From the NCBI GenBank assembly GCA_951406725.2, contig OX597815.1, forward strand, positions 78,182,001 to 78,246,000: a DNA stretch of 64,000 nt. The letters are read 5' to 3'. The stretch is from Octopus vulgaris. Its lineage: Eukaryota. Positions 1 through 11,871 of this stretch are shown here, one piece after another. Position 1 is the stretch's first letter; every line of letters begins with the position of its first letter. A program made the translations under genes and the position numbers. The notes beneath the pieces were generated by a model, which was given only the letters and a program-made list of their open reading frames with translations, ran no database searches and was not told the DNA's origin.

Positions 1-1
1 T

Positions 2-328
2 GACGGACAGAGAACTATTAGGGAATAGTCAGCTCTATTCAATTTAAGATAAGAAATAGAGCTTCTAAAACTAAGGGCCTCCACAAATGAGGAAAAATTA
101 AAAAGCATCGACGAGGAGATGCACAATATAATACAAAAACATACCGAGGGACAACCCCTCGAAAATACATTAGATCATTGGAAGGATACCTGTGAAAACG
201 AAGAGAGAAATTCTCTCCTGCGCTGGGAAAAAAGCAACGATTTCTTCCAAAGATATAGTTTAACTTTCAAAAATGAATTGGGTACAAATAATCCCTTCCT
301 TAAGAAAATTACAAAAAATAAAAAATAA
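2..328 (+). pseudogene. Degenerate fragment of a PLE ORF1-like protein, homologous to ORF1 at 19480-21087
   Basis: Frame from nt 2 reads DGQRTIRE*SALFNLR*EIELLKLRASTNEEKLKSIDEEMHNIIQ...LDHWKDTCENEERNSLLRWEKSNDFFQRY. By eye this aligns with EETTIRANLALCRLETEISLLQTRSTHQEDKIKTIDTVIMAEI...QQLWKEDTEREEERSRFMWTKQHEWFLNY. Two in-frame stops. Confidence 0.75.
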
Positions 329-732
329 AAACCAAACAACCCACGAACAACCCCCAACTATCCTCCATACTCTGTAGATTCAGAGTATATTTGGATTTAT
401 GGGGGTGAAAGTATTCCTTGGGTGTGAGGAGAAGGGTTTAGGAAAATTCATATGACCCGACTTTTTTCCCTCATGACATTCAAGAAAATGAGTCATATAT
501 ATATATTGCAATGGTTATATAGAGATAGCAAATCTCTGTTTTCTTTCGTTGCTCTTATATATCTGTTCGCAACTCATGTTTACACTAACAAACATTGTTA
601 TAAACCTTGACATAAATAAAATATTTTTGTATTGGGTTTCTTCATTCAAGATGTAATGAAATGCTATTTGAACGAAGTGCAGAAACGTCTCTTTATCACG
701 TCAAGCTCTTTCTTTCCCTTTCAGTGTTTCTT

Positions 733-768
<36 letters not shown>

Positions 769-1163
769 CTCTATCTATCTATCTATCATTTCACTCACCC
801 ACTCTTACACACGAGCGCGCGCACACTTCCTTACTAATCTTTCAAGCACACACGCACAAGCACGCGCAAGCACACATGTGCAAACACACACACATAAATG
901 CATATACATATATACACACATACATCTCTCTTTCGCTATCTCTCTATCTACCTATTTGTCTCTCTCTATATATGTGTGTGTGTGTGTGTATGCGCGCGCG
1001 CGTGTGTATTTGCAAAATAAGTTCGTATTCCATGTTTTCGTTTTTCGTATTTCATGTTTACATTCTGTGGTGTCCTGTGCCTATATATGCATGTATATAC
1101 AAATATATGTATGTACATATATATATGTGTATGTATGCATATATATTTATATATTATTTATAT

Positions 1164-1205
<42 letters not shown>

Positions 1206-1239
1206 ATATAAATTATATATATGTATATAGTATAAATGA

Positions 1240-2195
1240 TATATATGTATGGGTACAGGACGTCACCGACTGTGTAAGAAACATGACGTACGAAAATAAA
1301 CTAGTTGAATACGCAAACAACGAGAGAAAAATAGAAAACATGACAAGTAAACACAGAGAAGACCCTTCACCAGTTGTCAGCTCTCTATCTACTTATTTCG
1401 AGCATTCAACGATAATATGAATTTTCAAAGTCAGTTACTCCCATAAATTCCAAAATAAAATTTTAGATTTATGGAGGGTCAAAGTTGGGAACAAAAACAG
1501 GACAGTGGAGACATACAAGGAAACCGAACGAAAACAAACTTGGAGTGTCTTTAGACCAGAACGGGAGGAAAGTAGTGAACGCTGCAAGAAACATTTTCTT
1601 TGAAAAAAGAAAAGATAGAAGAGAGAGAAAGAAAACGTCCAGTCTTAGAACGTCGTGCTGGAAAAGAAAGATAGTCACGTGAGGAAAAGAAAGATGAACG
1701 ATGGTCACGTGTGAGCAACGAGAGAGAGAAATAGGGAAAGAAATAGAAAATGGTGAAGGGGAGAAACAGGGAATTAGAGAAGGATGGGTGAGGAAAACAG
1801 TATAGAGTAGAGTCACATCAAGGTTAAGATGAATTTACTTGGAAATGGATGCGTGACGTTCAATTAAATAATAATATAAATAATATATATATGCATATTA
1901 GGGTACAGGACGTCACCAATTGTGTAAACATCATGAAGTACGAAAACAAATGAGTTAAACATGCAAACAACGAGAGAAAATGGAAAACAGGCTAAGTAAA
2001 CAGTTGTCGGCTTTCTATCTACTACTCATTTCGAGCATTCAACGACAATATGAGTTTTCAAAGACAGTTGCTCCGATGAATTCCAAAATAATAAATTGTG
2101 AACAAAAAACAGGACAGTAGAGATACAAGGAAATCGAACGAAAACAAATACGGAGGGTCTTTGGACCAGAACGAGAGGAAAATAGTGAACGCTAA
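1240..2195 (-). repeat. Two diverged tandem copies of a pLTR-like interspersed repeat (about 1240-1585 and 1895-2195)
   Basis: GGGTACAGGACGTCACC...TTTCGAGCATTCAACGA...AATTCCAAAATAA...GACCAGAACG occurs twice; flanked by TA-rich repeats. Confidence 0.55.
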
Positions 2196-2217
2196 TAGAT
2201 ATGTAAGTATGTATGCA

Positions 2218-2273
<56 letters not shown>

Positions 2274-2542
2274 CGCTGCATTGAAAAGGGGCAATACCCC
2301 GAAACGCGTCTGTAGCTGCCGGTCAAGTAGTGTGGAGCGACTGACCTCCCTTGTTCGAAGGTTATATGGATACAGTTTGTGTATCAAATAGCTAACTTAA
2401 GGCGATGGCCTCATGGAGCTAATAAGCGGACAGCTTTATTCTTATTTTTATAAGAATGCCATATTAGTATGGCGATAACTATTATTTTCCGGGAACGCTG
2501 CCGTTGTTCTCTTTTAGAGAGACTTAGTAATTTTAATATTTC

Positions 2543-2545
<3 letters not shown>
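2274..2545 (+). mobile_element. Solo PLE pLTR / retrozyme-like insertion in (TA)n
   Basis: About 270 bp of non-repetitive sequence starting with an HHR, bounded by (TA)n on both sides (about 2253-2273 and 2546-2601). Confidence 0.6.
2275..2316 (+). ncRNA. Minimal type I hammerhead ribozyme with U3-A8 core covariation
   Basis: Stem I GCTGCA/TGTAGC; core TTGAAAA; stem II GGGG-CAATA-CCCC; GAAA; palindromic stem III ACGCGT; predicted GUC cleavage after 2310. Confidence 0.75.
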
Positions 2546-2605
<60 letters not shown>

Positions 2606-4196
2606 TGGCGTCTCTAGCACTCGAGCTGTTCGGGTTTAGCCCGAGTATAAATTTAATAAAGTGAACGTGTATTTGCAAGCTGATTTAATTTCTGTCAACA
2701 CAGATTTCAAGTATGTAATTGCGGCCAATAACTCGTGCTCTTTTTGTTAAGCCTGGTTGAAGTTCATTTATTTTCGTTCAGCCTCTGGGGGTCGTCTTAG
2801 AGGTGCCTTGAGTCAAAAATATCATTCGTAGCAGACGTTCTCTCGACATTGTTTACATCCGCCTGACATGGGCTCAGAAGTTACAACCCGAGTTGTTATC
2901 TATTATCGTAAAAATTAAAAGTAATTCAATTTCAATGTTTTCTTGAAACCATGAATTTCTATAGAGATTAGGACTTAATTTTCAACCCATGAAAAGTTTC
3001 CGTTCTGCAGTATTCTTAAAGGAACGAAAAATTATCCAGCAACTCGGGCTAATACGAATGAGCCTGGTAGGTGTAAAAGACTAACTGGTATATCTTATCA
3101 AGAGTACAGGCGACACTCAAATCGCTGATGTTTGCTGTGCACTCCGCTGTCGTTGTTTGGTTGCTGTTATTCTGTGCGTCTGTGTGTAAAGATCAGTTGT
3201 GTTTTGCAGGGCTGCTTTATTTTTACTATTAACTTAGAAATGGAGAACGACATAGTGCTAGATATAAGAAAAATAAGCCACTTGGGACTAGAAATATTGC
3301 GGAAAATCGTGAAATTCTTCGAGCAGAAATGGGTTTTATGCGATATCTGTGATGAGCCCGAGTGACACTGATGACCTGGAGTTGCCTCTGATATATATAA
3401 GCACATCCAAGCGTCATGCTTGATGTATACACACCATTGAAAGGCCATTTACTACAGTATTTGTCCATATGGACTTGCGGTATTAAACATAATAAATATC
3501 AGCAGCGGCCCGCGAGAGCACCAGATGCATTTCGGCCTTTTTGGACCTTTTCCATGGCACGTACTCGCAGCCATCCACATGTTCGGACGAGAATTCGTTG
3601 TCTCTGATGTAGGAATGAGTGTGAATAAAATATTCACTGACGTTGCAAATAGCTGCCCATCTGATTTAAAATCCGGTGTGTGCAATTAAGACGGTATTTA
3701 ATTAAAATAGCTAGTACTCGGACGAATTTTCCTCTCTCTCTCTCTTCCTCTCTGATGTCTATTGTCTTTTTGACACACCAAGATCATAAAGGATGTTATC
3801 TCAGAACACTTACTACAGCAACTGGTCTATCAACGTTACATATACATTAAGTATGATACATAGAGTGGCTATTTTAACTAGATACTGCTTCAGTTGCATG
3901 TGTGTGAGTGTGTAAATGTGTGAATGTGTGCATGTATGTGTGCGTGCGTGATCGCGCGCATGTATGTGTAGTTGTTTGTTTCGCCTGAAGATTATAGCAG
4001 CGTCAAACTCGTGTCGTGAGACAAACTCTCATCTTTTGTTTTGATGTGTGTATGTATGTGTGTGTATGTATGTCTGTCTGTATGTGTGCGTACGTATGTA
4101 TGTATGTACGTGTGTTTGCCTGTCTGCCTGTCTGTCTATATGTATGTATGCATGTATGTATGTATGTATGTATGTATGTATGTATGTATGTATGTA

Positions 4197-4231
<35 letters not shown>

Positions 4232-5273
4232 ATGTATGTATGTATGTATGTATGTATGCATGCGTGTATGTATGCATGTATGTATGTATGTATGCATGTA
4301 TGCATGTATGTATATCCTGGGTATGACTTTAAACTGCATTCGGTTGTGGGGCCCTGGTATGGCAATTCAAGCGTTTTGAAGAGTGCGGAACCACCTAATA
4401 GCTCCAGTTGTTCCTATTTTCACACTAACTCTGAGTAGTAGCACCTGCTAGGGTCCCAGTAACGGGTTAACAGGTGAAACATTGGGAGTGGAAGGCCCCT
4501 AGTTCTCGTTAGGACTTTCCTCTAAGAGAAGGTAGACACGTATATGTAAGAAAAAAAACAACTAAAGTGCAGTTGGTTTCCGGTCGTCTCAGCCTCTTCT
4601 TTGTCACTGGTTTTCTTAATTGATAACGCTGGAAAGTGTATTCAGTGCTGTGCAATTCTTTATCCACGCAAAACAAATTCACGTGCAGGAACCCTTGCAC
4701 TGACATAGTGAGTTTAGGAAGAGATATTACTCGGTTTCGAGTCGACTTCCACCATGTATGTATGTATGTATGTATGTATGTATGTATGTATGCATGATCA
4801 CCTTAATTCAGACCATATTTTCCCCATATTTCCTTCCCACTCATATTTCCCAACCATACATTAATCTACAAGATTAATAGCGAGTCCTGCAAAAGCTATG
4901 TGTGCAAACCCTTAATTTTCAAATAAAATACACAAGCCAACAAGGGATCTTGTACGAGCCGCTAATTTTTGAGAAATTACAGTTAAAAACAAATCTCTCC
5001 TAAATCCAACTATACTATTTCATAAATAATGCAGCCCGTTGCACTCTTAAAAAGGCTATTTGGTTACGGCTGGAACGCCGACGATTATAGATCTACATGA
5101 TCATAGCTTACATGGGGTTAAACAATATCAATAAAAATTTATAAAATCGTTATCATTATTTATAATCAAAAACATAAATATCTCTTTCGGCTCTGGTTTT
5201 CCCACCGTTTCTATTCATGTTCTCAGGCACGTTTCCTGTTTGAAACAGTGAAATAAAAACGACGAAAGAGGAA

Positions 5274-5314
<41 letters not shown>

Positions 5315-6125
5315 TAATAATAATAAAATTGAGCATTCCGAATCGTTTAGATAGCAATTTTGAAAATTGGGTAATTTTCCCTTGAACGGAAATGTTAGGC
5401 AACTAATCTGCTGCCTGGTCGTGTTCTTTTCCTGACAAAATCACTTTATTCACATACACATTTTATAAAATAAATATGGATATTAGCATTGACATACATA
5501 CGTACCCACACAAATTTCACACTTCCAAACATATACATACATATATACATACATACATACATACATACATACATACATACATACATACATACATACATAC
5601 ATACATGTACACACTTATACATACATACGTACATGTATATATACGGGAATTCTTATAAATATATATATACGTTCATACATACGTACATACATATTACGAC
5701 CGAAAATACCTATTATGTCACATTTCTGTGAAAGATAATCAACAAGCCTGAAAATGTCACTAAAGTCCTACATCCTATTGCGTTATGATGTTGATGCTAA
5801 AACAATATACAGTTCCATCCGCAGTAATCACTGCCCTGAGATAAATACAGAGAAAACCCCAATGAATGAACGCATATACACACATATCAACATGAAGCGT
5901 ATGGGTGGAACATTCTCATCAAAACTTCCGCTAATAGCGAAAATAACAAGCGTGATATAGTTGTTTGGGATAGGAAAGAAAAATCACGTACTGTTAGAGA
6001 GGTCATCTGTCTTGTATATGTGAACATTTGTTTCAAAATTAGAGAAAGAATATTTATGAACAACTGCTTCGAAACATGTAGCTTCTCTGCCCTGTTTATA
6101 AAGGTACATTTTTTATCGATAATGT

Positions 6126-6355
6126 ATTTCTTTACTGCCCACAAGGGGCTAAACATAGAGGGGATAAACAAGGACAGACAAAGAGATTAAGTCGATTACA
6201 TCGACCCCAGTGGGAAACTGGTACTTTTTTTATCGACCCCGAAAGGATGAAAGGCAAAGTCGACCTCGGCGGAATTTGAACTCAGAACGTAACGACAGAC
6301 GAAATACGACTACGCATTTCGCCCGGCGTGCTAACGTTTCTGCCAGCTCGCCGCC
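6126..6355 (-). mobile_element. SINE family A (tRNA-like head, Meta-domain-like body)
   Basis: Reverse complement GGCGGCGAGCTGGCAGAAACGTTAGC...GAGTTCAAATTCCGCCGAGGTCGACTTTGCCTTTCATCCTTTCGGGGTCGATAA; many copies in the window. Confidence 0.85.
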
Positions 6356-7576
6356 TATTTTTATCGATAATGATGTTTGCGCTGTTGGGGTGGGGAGTTA
6401 TGTTAGTGAATGTTTGAGTGACAATTTCGAAGAGTGAGAAGTTTCAAGCAAAATAAGCGCCGATGAATACTAACTTATTGCTTTTGTTAACCGGCAATCG
6501 TGAGCATGCCGGGCTAAATGTTTAGCGGAATTTCGTTCGTCTTTGCGTTCTGAGTTCAAATTCCGCCTTATAAGTTTCTAAGGTTTTTCGGTAAGGTATT
6601 GAATAATAGTGGTTCCTGCACCTTGTGCTATAGAGGAAGATATTTACCCAAGGTGCTACTCAGTGGAACTGAACCCAGAACCATGTGGTTGGAAAGCAAA
6701 TTTCATACCACACAGCCACGTCCGCGCCTATATAAGTTTATGTATGTATATATGTATGTATGTATGCTTTATGTATGCATGCATGTGTGTGTATATACTA
6801 TATATAAAACTGAAATGCGTTTTTACCGCTTGGATCGCTTTCAATGCCACTACATCCCGTCCGATTCGCTCCAAAATTTACAGGGACATGTAGAATGAGG
6901 TGACGATGCTCGTGGGCTACCTTAGAAATCCCTAGCTTAAAAGGTGTGGTTGCTAGGGGCCATCTTCCTCACTCACGCTATTTCCTCAATTACCCTCTCA
7001 CTCCTCTTCATTTACAACTTTCACAAGTCCACTACCGTTATTTAAAGTATCTGTCACTTTCGCTATTTCTTCTCTTTTTCACTGACTCTCTTTCCTACCT
7101 TCCCATCACTTCGGCGGCGTTCTTTTAAGTATCTGTCTGTCACCAACAACACACGAGCATGAGAACAAATATTATGAATCAGATATTCTTGCGTTCATTT
7201 ATATATGTGTGTGTGTGTGTGTGTGTGTTCTATATATAAATATGTATATATAATGTATGTGTGTGTGTGTGTGTGTTCTATATATAAATATGTATATATA
7301 ATGTATGTGTGTGTGTGTGTGTTCTATATATAAATATGTATATATAATATATATAGTTATATATATATTTTTAAACAAATTATAAATATAATTTAATAAT
7401 TTTTATTTTCAATTTAAATAATTTAAATTTTCAATTTTATATTTTATATATTATATTTTTTTTAATGTTTTTGTTTTTGGTTTTTCACTGTTTGATTTGC
7501 CTATTAGTGGTTTTATCTCTGATTTAATTTATACAGATATATATCTCATTTGTATACATTTGTATATATAATGCGT

Positions 7577-7685
<109 letters not shown>

Positions 7686-8497
7686 GTGTGCATTACGTAG
7701 TCGGTCGATTCAGCTGAAAATATGCACACCTATGTTAAAAGTGCTGGCAAGTTTGCATGACAACTATTTTTTTCCTCAAATGAAAGGCGTCACCTCTAGG
7801 ACAAAATTCCTCATCTTATAGAATGTGGCCCCAGTAGACCCGAATGAAATCGGGTTATATTAACCAAAATGTGAAAAGGGGTCTAAATGGGGCTGGAATG
7901 GGATTAAAATTTCAAGGAGCGGGTGTTTAGAAATTCTCTGTTACATCAAGCTAAAAAATTTGCGCCAGCCTTTTAATCGTCAATGTGTTGCCGTCCATGA
8001 TGAAGAAGTTTTGAATGCTTGCCATGGTGAGTCTACTGTCATGAGAAAGAATCACTTCAAAACTTGGTGTTTAGGAATTTTCTTTTACATCAAGTTCAAA
8101 ATTTTACGCCAGCTGTTAAACTGTCAATACGTTGCTGTCCGTCGTTAAGAAATGCCAGCCATGGTGACTCTACTATCCTCACATTCTATCCCTTCAAACT
8201 TTGGTTTCTAATATTTTATTATTTTTATTAGCTCGCAAGTTCGTTTGTCCCTTTTAAATGTTAGCGTTTTGCTGTCTACCTTGAAGCAGACCTTTCGGTT
8301 GCTACTGCCTGATATTTATAATTGATCTTTCTAAATATTTTATTTCTCAACTTACTCAAGATCTTCTGTTGTTTATAAATGAGAGAGAGATAGATAAAGA
8401 TAGAGAGTAAGAGAAAGCGAGGGAGAGTCCGGGAGAAAAGAAAAGTAAGAGAGTGGGAAAGTGAGAGAGAAAGGAGAGAGAAACAAAGAGGGACAAT

Positions 8498-8812
8498 CAT
8501 CATCATCATCATCATCATCGTTTAACGTCCGTTTTCCGTGCTAACACGGGTTGGACAGTTTGACCGGGGTCTGGGAAGCCAGGAGGCTGCACCAGGCTCC
8601 AGTCTGATCTGGCAGTGTTTCTACAGGTGGATGCCCTTCCTAACGCCAACCACTCTGTGAGTGTAGTGGGTGCTTTTTTCGTGTCGCCGGCACAGGTGCC
8701 AGGGGGGCTGGCAGCGGCCACGATCGGTTGGTGCTTTTTACGTGCCACCGGTACAGAAGCCAGTCAAGGCGGTGCTGCAATCGGCCACGTTCGGATGGTG
8801 CTTTTTACGTGC
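8498..8812 (-). mobile_element. SINE/LINE 3' end with RTE-like tail and (GAT)n
   Basis: GGTTGGCGTTAGGAAGGGCATCC motif and (GAT)n tail on the minus strand; same family on + at about 54050-54423. Confidence 0.7.
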
Positions 8813-8848
8813 TGAAAGGAAGCAACAGAAAGTAACAACCACACTCTT

Positions 8849-8879
8849 ACCCGCGCGTAGAGCGGGTCACCTTCAGCTA

Positions 8880-8880
<1 letters not shown>
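8849..8880 (+). mobile_element. Helitron-like 3' terminus
   Basis: GC-rich hairpin ACCCGC-GCGTAGA-GCGGGT, 9-nt spacer, then CTAG followed by T. Confidence 0.6.
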
Positions 8881-8926
<46 letters not shown>

Positions 8927-9149
8927 TACAATTGTTCGTTTGTTTTCCACCTGCCTTCGTCTTTTGTTTATTTTCATAAAGCTTCCCGTTATATATATAT
9001 ATATATATACAAACACACCTGTGTGTGTTTGTGAGTAAAATATAGAATATGCATGTTATTTATGCTTCTTACAATTACGATGTTTGTTGCTGTAACCTTA
9101 TTAACATTACTAGCCTTGCTCGGGATTAAAATAACATGGTTTTTATATT

Positions 9150-9450
9150 GTTTTACTTGTTTAGGTCATGTGACTACAGCCATGCTGGAACACCTTTAGT
9201 CGAAGAAATTGACCCACAGATTTATGCTTTGTAAGCTTAGTACTTATTCTATCGGTGTGTTTTACCAAACGGCTAAGTTACGGGGACGTAAACACAGCAA
9301 CATCGGCTGTCAAGCAATGGTGGGGGTACAAACACAGACGCAGATACACACATAGATACATACACACACAAATATACACGTATATACAACAGTGTTCTTT
9401 CAGTTTCAGTGTACGAAACCCACCAAGGCTTTGGTGGGTCAGAGGCTAGA
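9150..9450 (-). mobile_element. SINE family B (tRNA head plus CORE-like domain), partial copy
   Basis: Diverged match to TTTTACTTGTTTCAGTCATTTGACTGCGGCCATGCTGGAGCACC seen at 18541, 26275 and 57192. Confidence 0.7.
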
Positions 9451-9464
9451 GTATGTGTGTATGT

Positions 9465-9535
<71 letters not shown>

Positions 9536-10035
9536 ATGCTTACAAATAATACAGAAAAAAAAACATAAATAGTTACCAGGATGATAAAAATTCACACTAG
9601 GATGTAACAGCCTACTTAAAAAGGTAGAAATCTGTAAGAAATCTGAACAAAATAGTACTTTTCAATCAAAAGCATTTTGATATTTGTTCTGCACTGAGTT
9701 CCACAGATACTCTCGCGGGACTGTCATCACCAGAAATACAGTGAACCAGTGTTTGAACCATTGTAAACCTGTAACCATAGACATTATGTTTCACATGGAA
9801 TGTAAGTGGCATGGTGACATGTATTGAAATTTAAGTTGATCTGATATTGATCATAAATTGTAATGATATTGTTGTGACATCTGTTGCGTTTTATTTTAAT
9901 TAATTTTCATTGGTATATATATATATATATATATATTGTATGTACATATATATGTATATATATGTATAATTAATTTTCATTGGTTATATATATATATATA
10001 TATTGTATATACATATATATGTATACACACACACA

Positions 10036-10265
10036 TGACAGAAGTAAATAAACACCCCATAAAACAACGTTTTGTGTTTATTCTAATTTGTAGAGGTTTA
10101 TATTTTTTATTGATTTACATTTTTATGTTTCAGGTTCGTTATATGAGTGTTTAATCATGTCATGTACAAAAGAAGACTTCAAACTATCTGAATTTCAAAG
10201 AGGCCGGCCGTATTGTGTGTCATTCTGAAGGTGAACTTCATGTAAAATTGCAGAAAACCTTGATG
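10036..10265 (+). mobile_element. Tc1-like transposon 5' fragment
   Basis: Translates (with a frameshift) to MSCTKEDFKLSEFQRG/RIV...KIAENL, resembling the Tc1 paired-like HTH N-terminus (L.EF.RG.IV). Confidence 0.4.
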
Positions 10266-10988
10266 AGATCGAGTATGGGATTTTCCATGAGATCGTCTCT
10301 AGTTGCTAGACGTGGTTGGCCAGCGATGTTACGTATCTCCTTTCCGGAAATTTGAAGGAGGATCTATTGTTGGAAACACATTGCTTGAGAGAATTCCCAG
10401 TACATCCGATGTATCTCCGTGGGTATGTGTTGTCGGTGCTGCACCTGTTGTTGTTATTACTGTTGCATCTGCTGTTGTTGTTGTTACTGCTGCTGTTGCC
10501 GCTATTGTTATTGTAGGAGCTGGGGCTGCTGGTGTATACGAAAACAAGGACGGAAAAAACCCCCAGAAAAATGGTACACAAATGGAAATGCAAATAACAA
10601 GACGTAACAACGGGTGTCTTTCGACTAAGGATGAATTAAATTAAGCTGGCGTGTGTGAAAATGAAGTCTTATGCAGCGACATAAGAGATGACAGGCATGG
10701 AGATGAATATAGATGTTGCACGGGTGGTAGTTGAACCAAGAAAGAAAGGTCAGGCTTGGGTGAACACATAGGGAGAGAGAAGAGAGGTAGAAGCAGAGGG
10801 ACAGAAGAATTAGTGAGGGACGAAAAATAAAGGGAGAGTGCAGTGAAAGAGAAGGGAAGGTGAGAATGAAGAGAAAGCCAGAAAATGTGAGAAAGGGGAA
10901 ACGAAAGAAAGAAGAGTGGAAAGAACGAAGTAAGTGTGAATGGGCTGATAGAAAGACTGAATGAAAGAATAAGAGAGTCGTACAAAAA

Positions 10989-11041
<53 letters not shown>

Positions 11042-11286
11042 ACACCACCTGTCTTCGTCTTTTGTTTTTTTCGTGAACTCTCCCCCTATATATATATGTA
11101 CTTACATATAAGAGACCAAAGTGTACGTTACGCCACCATATGTATATAAAAAGGAATACAAAAAATGGGACAAGAACGCAAAACATCCAGACAGATGATA
11201 TTAAAGAGGCACAAGAAAAAACACGGTCAAGTCATTCAAAGTTTTCTTTCCTCAGTCGAGTCCCAATATATATATACATATATATT

Positions 11287-11357
<71 letters not shown>

Positions 11358-11871
11358 GCAAATATATATATATAGTTGGAATTTACAAAAAGACAAAAGA
11401 CGAAGACAGGTGTGTAAACAACAAACAGGTGTATTAGCTTAACACTCGGGAAGGTGAGAAAGTCTTTTATGTTTCGAGCCTACGATCTTCAACAGAAAGG
11501 AACACGAGAAAATAGAGAGAGAATAAAAAGAAAGCTTCAATGGCCAGCGGTCAATCATGGCGATGGCCGGGACGGGCCTCTTTTAGTTTCCGTCTACCAA
11601 ATCCACTCACAAGACTTTGATCGGCCCGAGACTACAGTAGAAGACACTTGCCCAAGGTATCATGCAGTGGGACTGAACCCGGAACCATGCAGCCACGCCT
11701 GTGGGGCTAACAGGATTTTGGGATCTGACGATACACCATAAAGCTAAATCCTTTGTGGACGGGAAACCTAAGGTAATGCCATAAACCGGCCTTCCCCAAT
11801 TTTAATATATACTGCTCTATATCTTAGAGTGTGCTTCTTTTGGATTTATATTTTTTACAGACGATATATTG

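Noticed and set aside
632-1211. Long ORFs rich in YI/HT/CV/MYV (also about 4003-4438, 23558-24015, 44540-44989, 54762-55161, 59206-59674 and many more)
   Set aside because: Translations of (TA)n, (CA)n, (TATG)n and (ATT)n microsatellites; no coding signal.
1985-2075. HHR-like motif on the minus strand (CTGTCT-TTGAAAA...GAAA...AGATAG)
   Set aside because: Stem I pairs, but stem II does not close and the cleavage region is irregular.
2603-3730. Possible hAT-like DNA transposon starting CAGTGGCGTC
   Set aside because: No matching right TIR, TSD or transposase motif found.
7925-8200. Diverged tandem duplication with a period of about 140 bp
   Set aside because: Two copies only, no spacer structure; probably TE subterminal repeats and not CRISPR-like.
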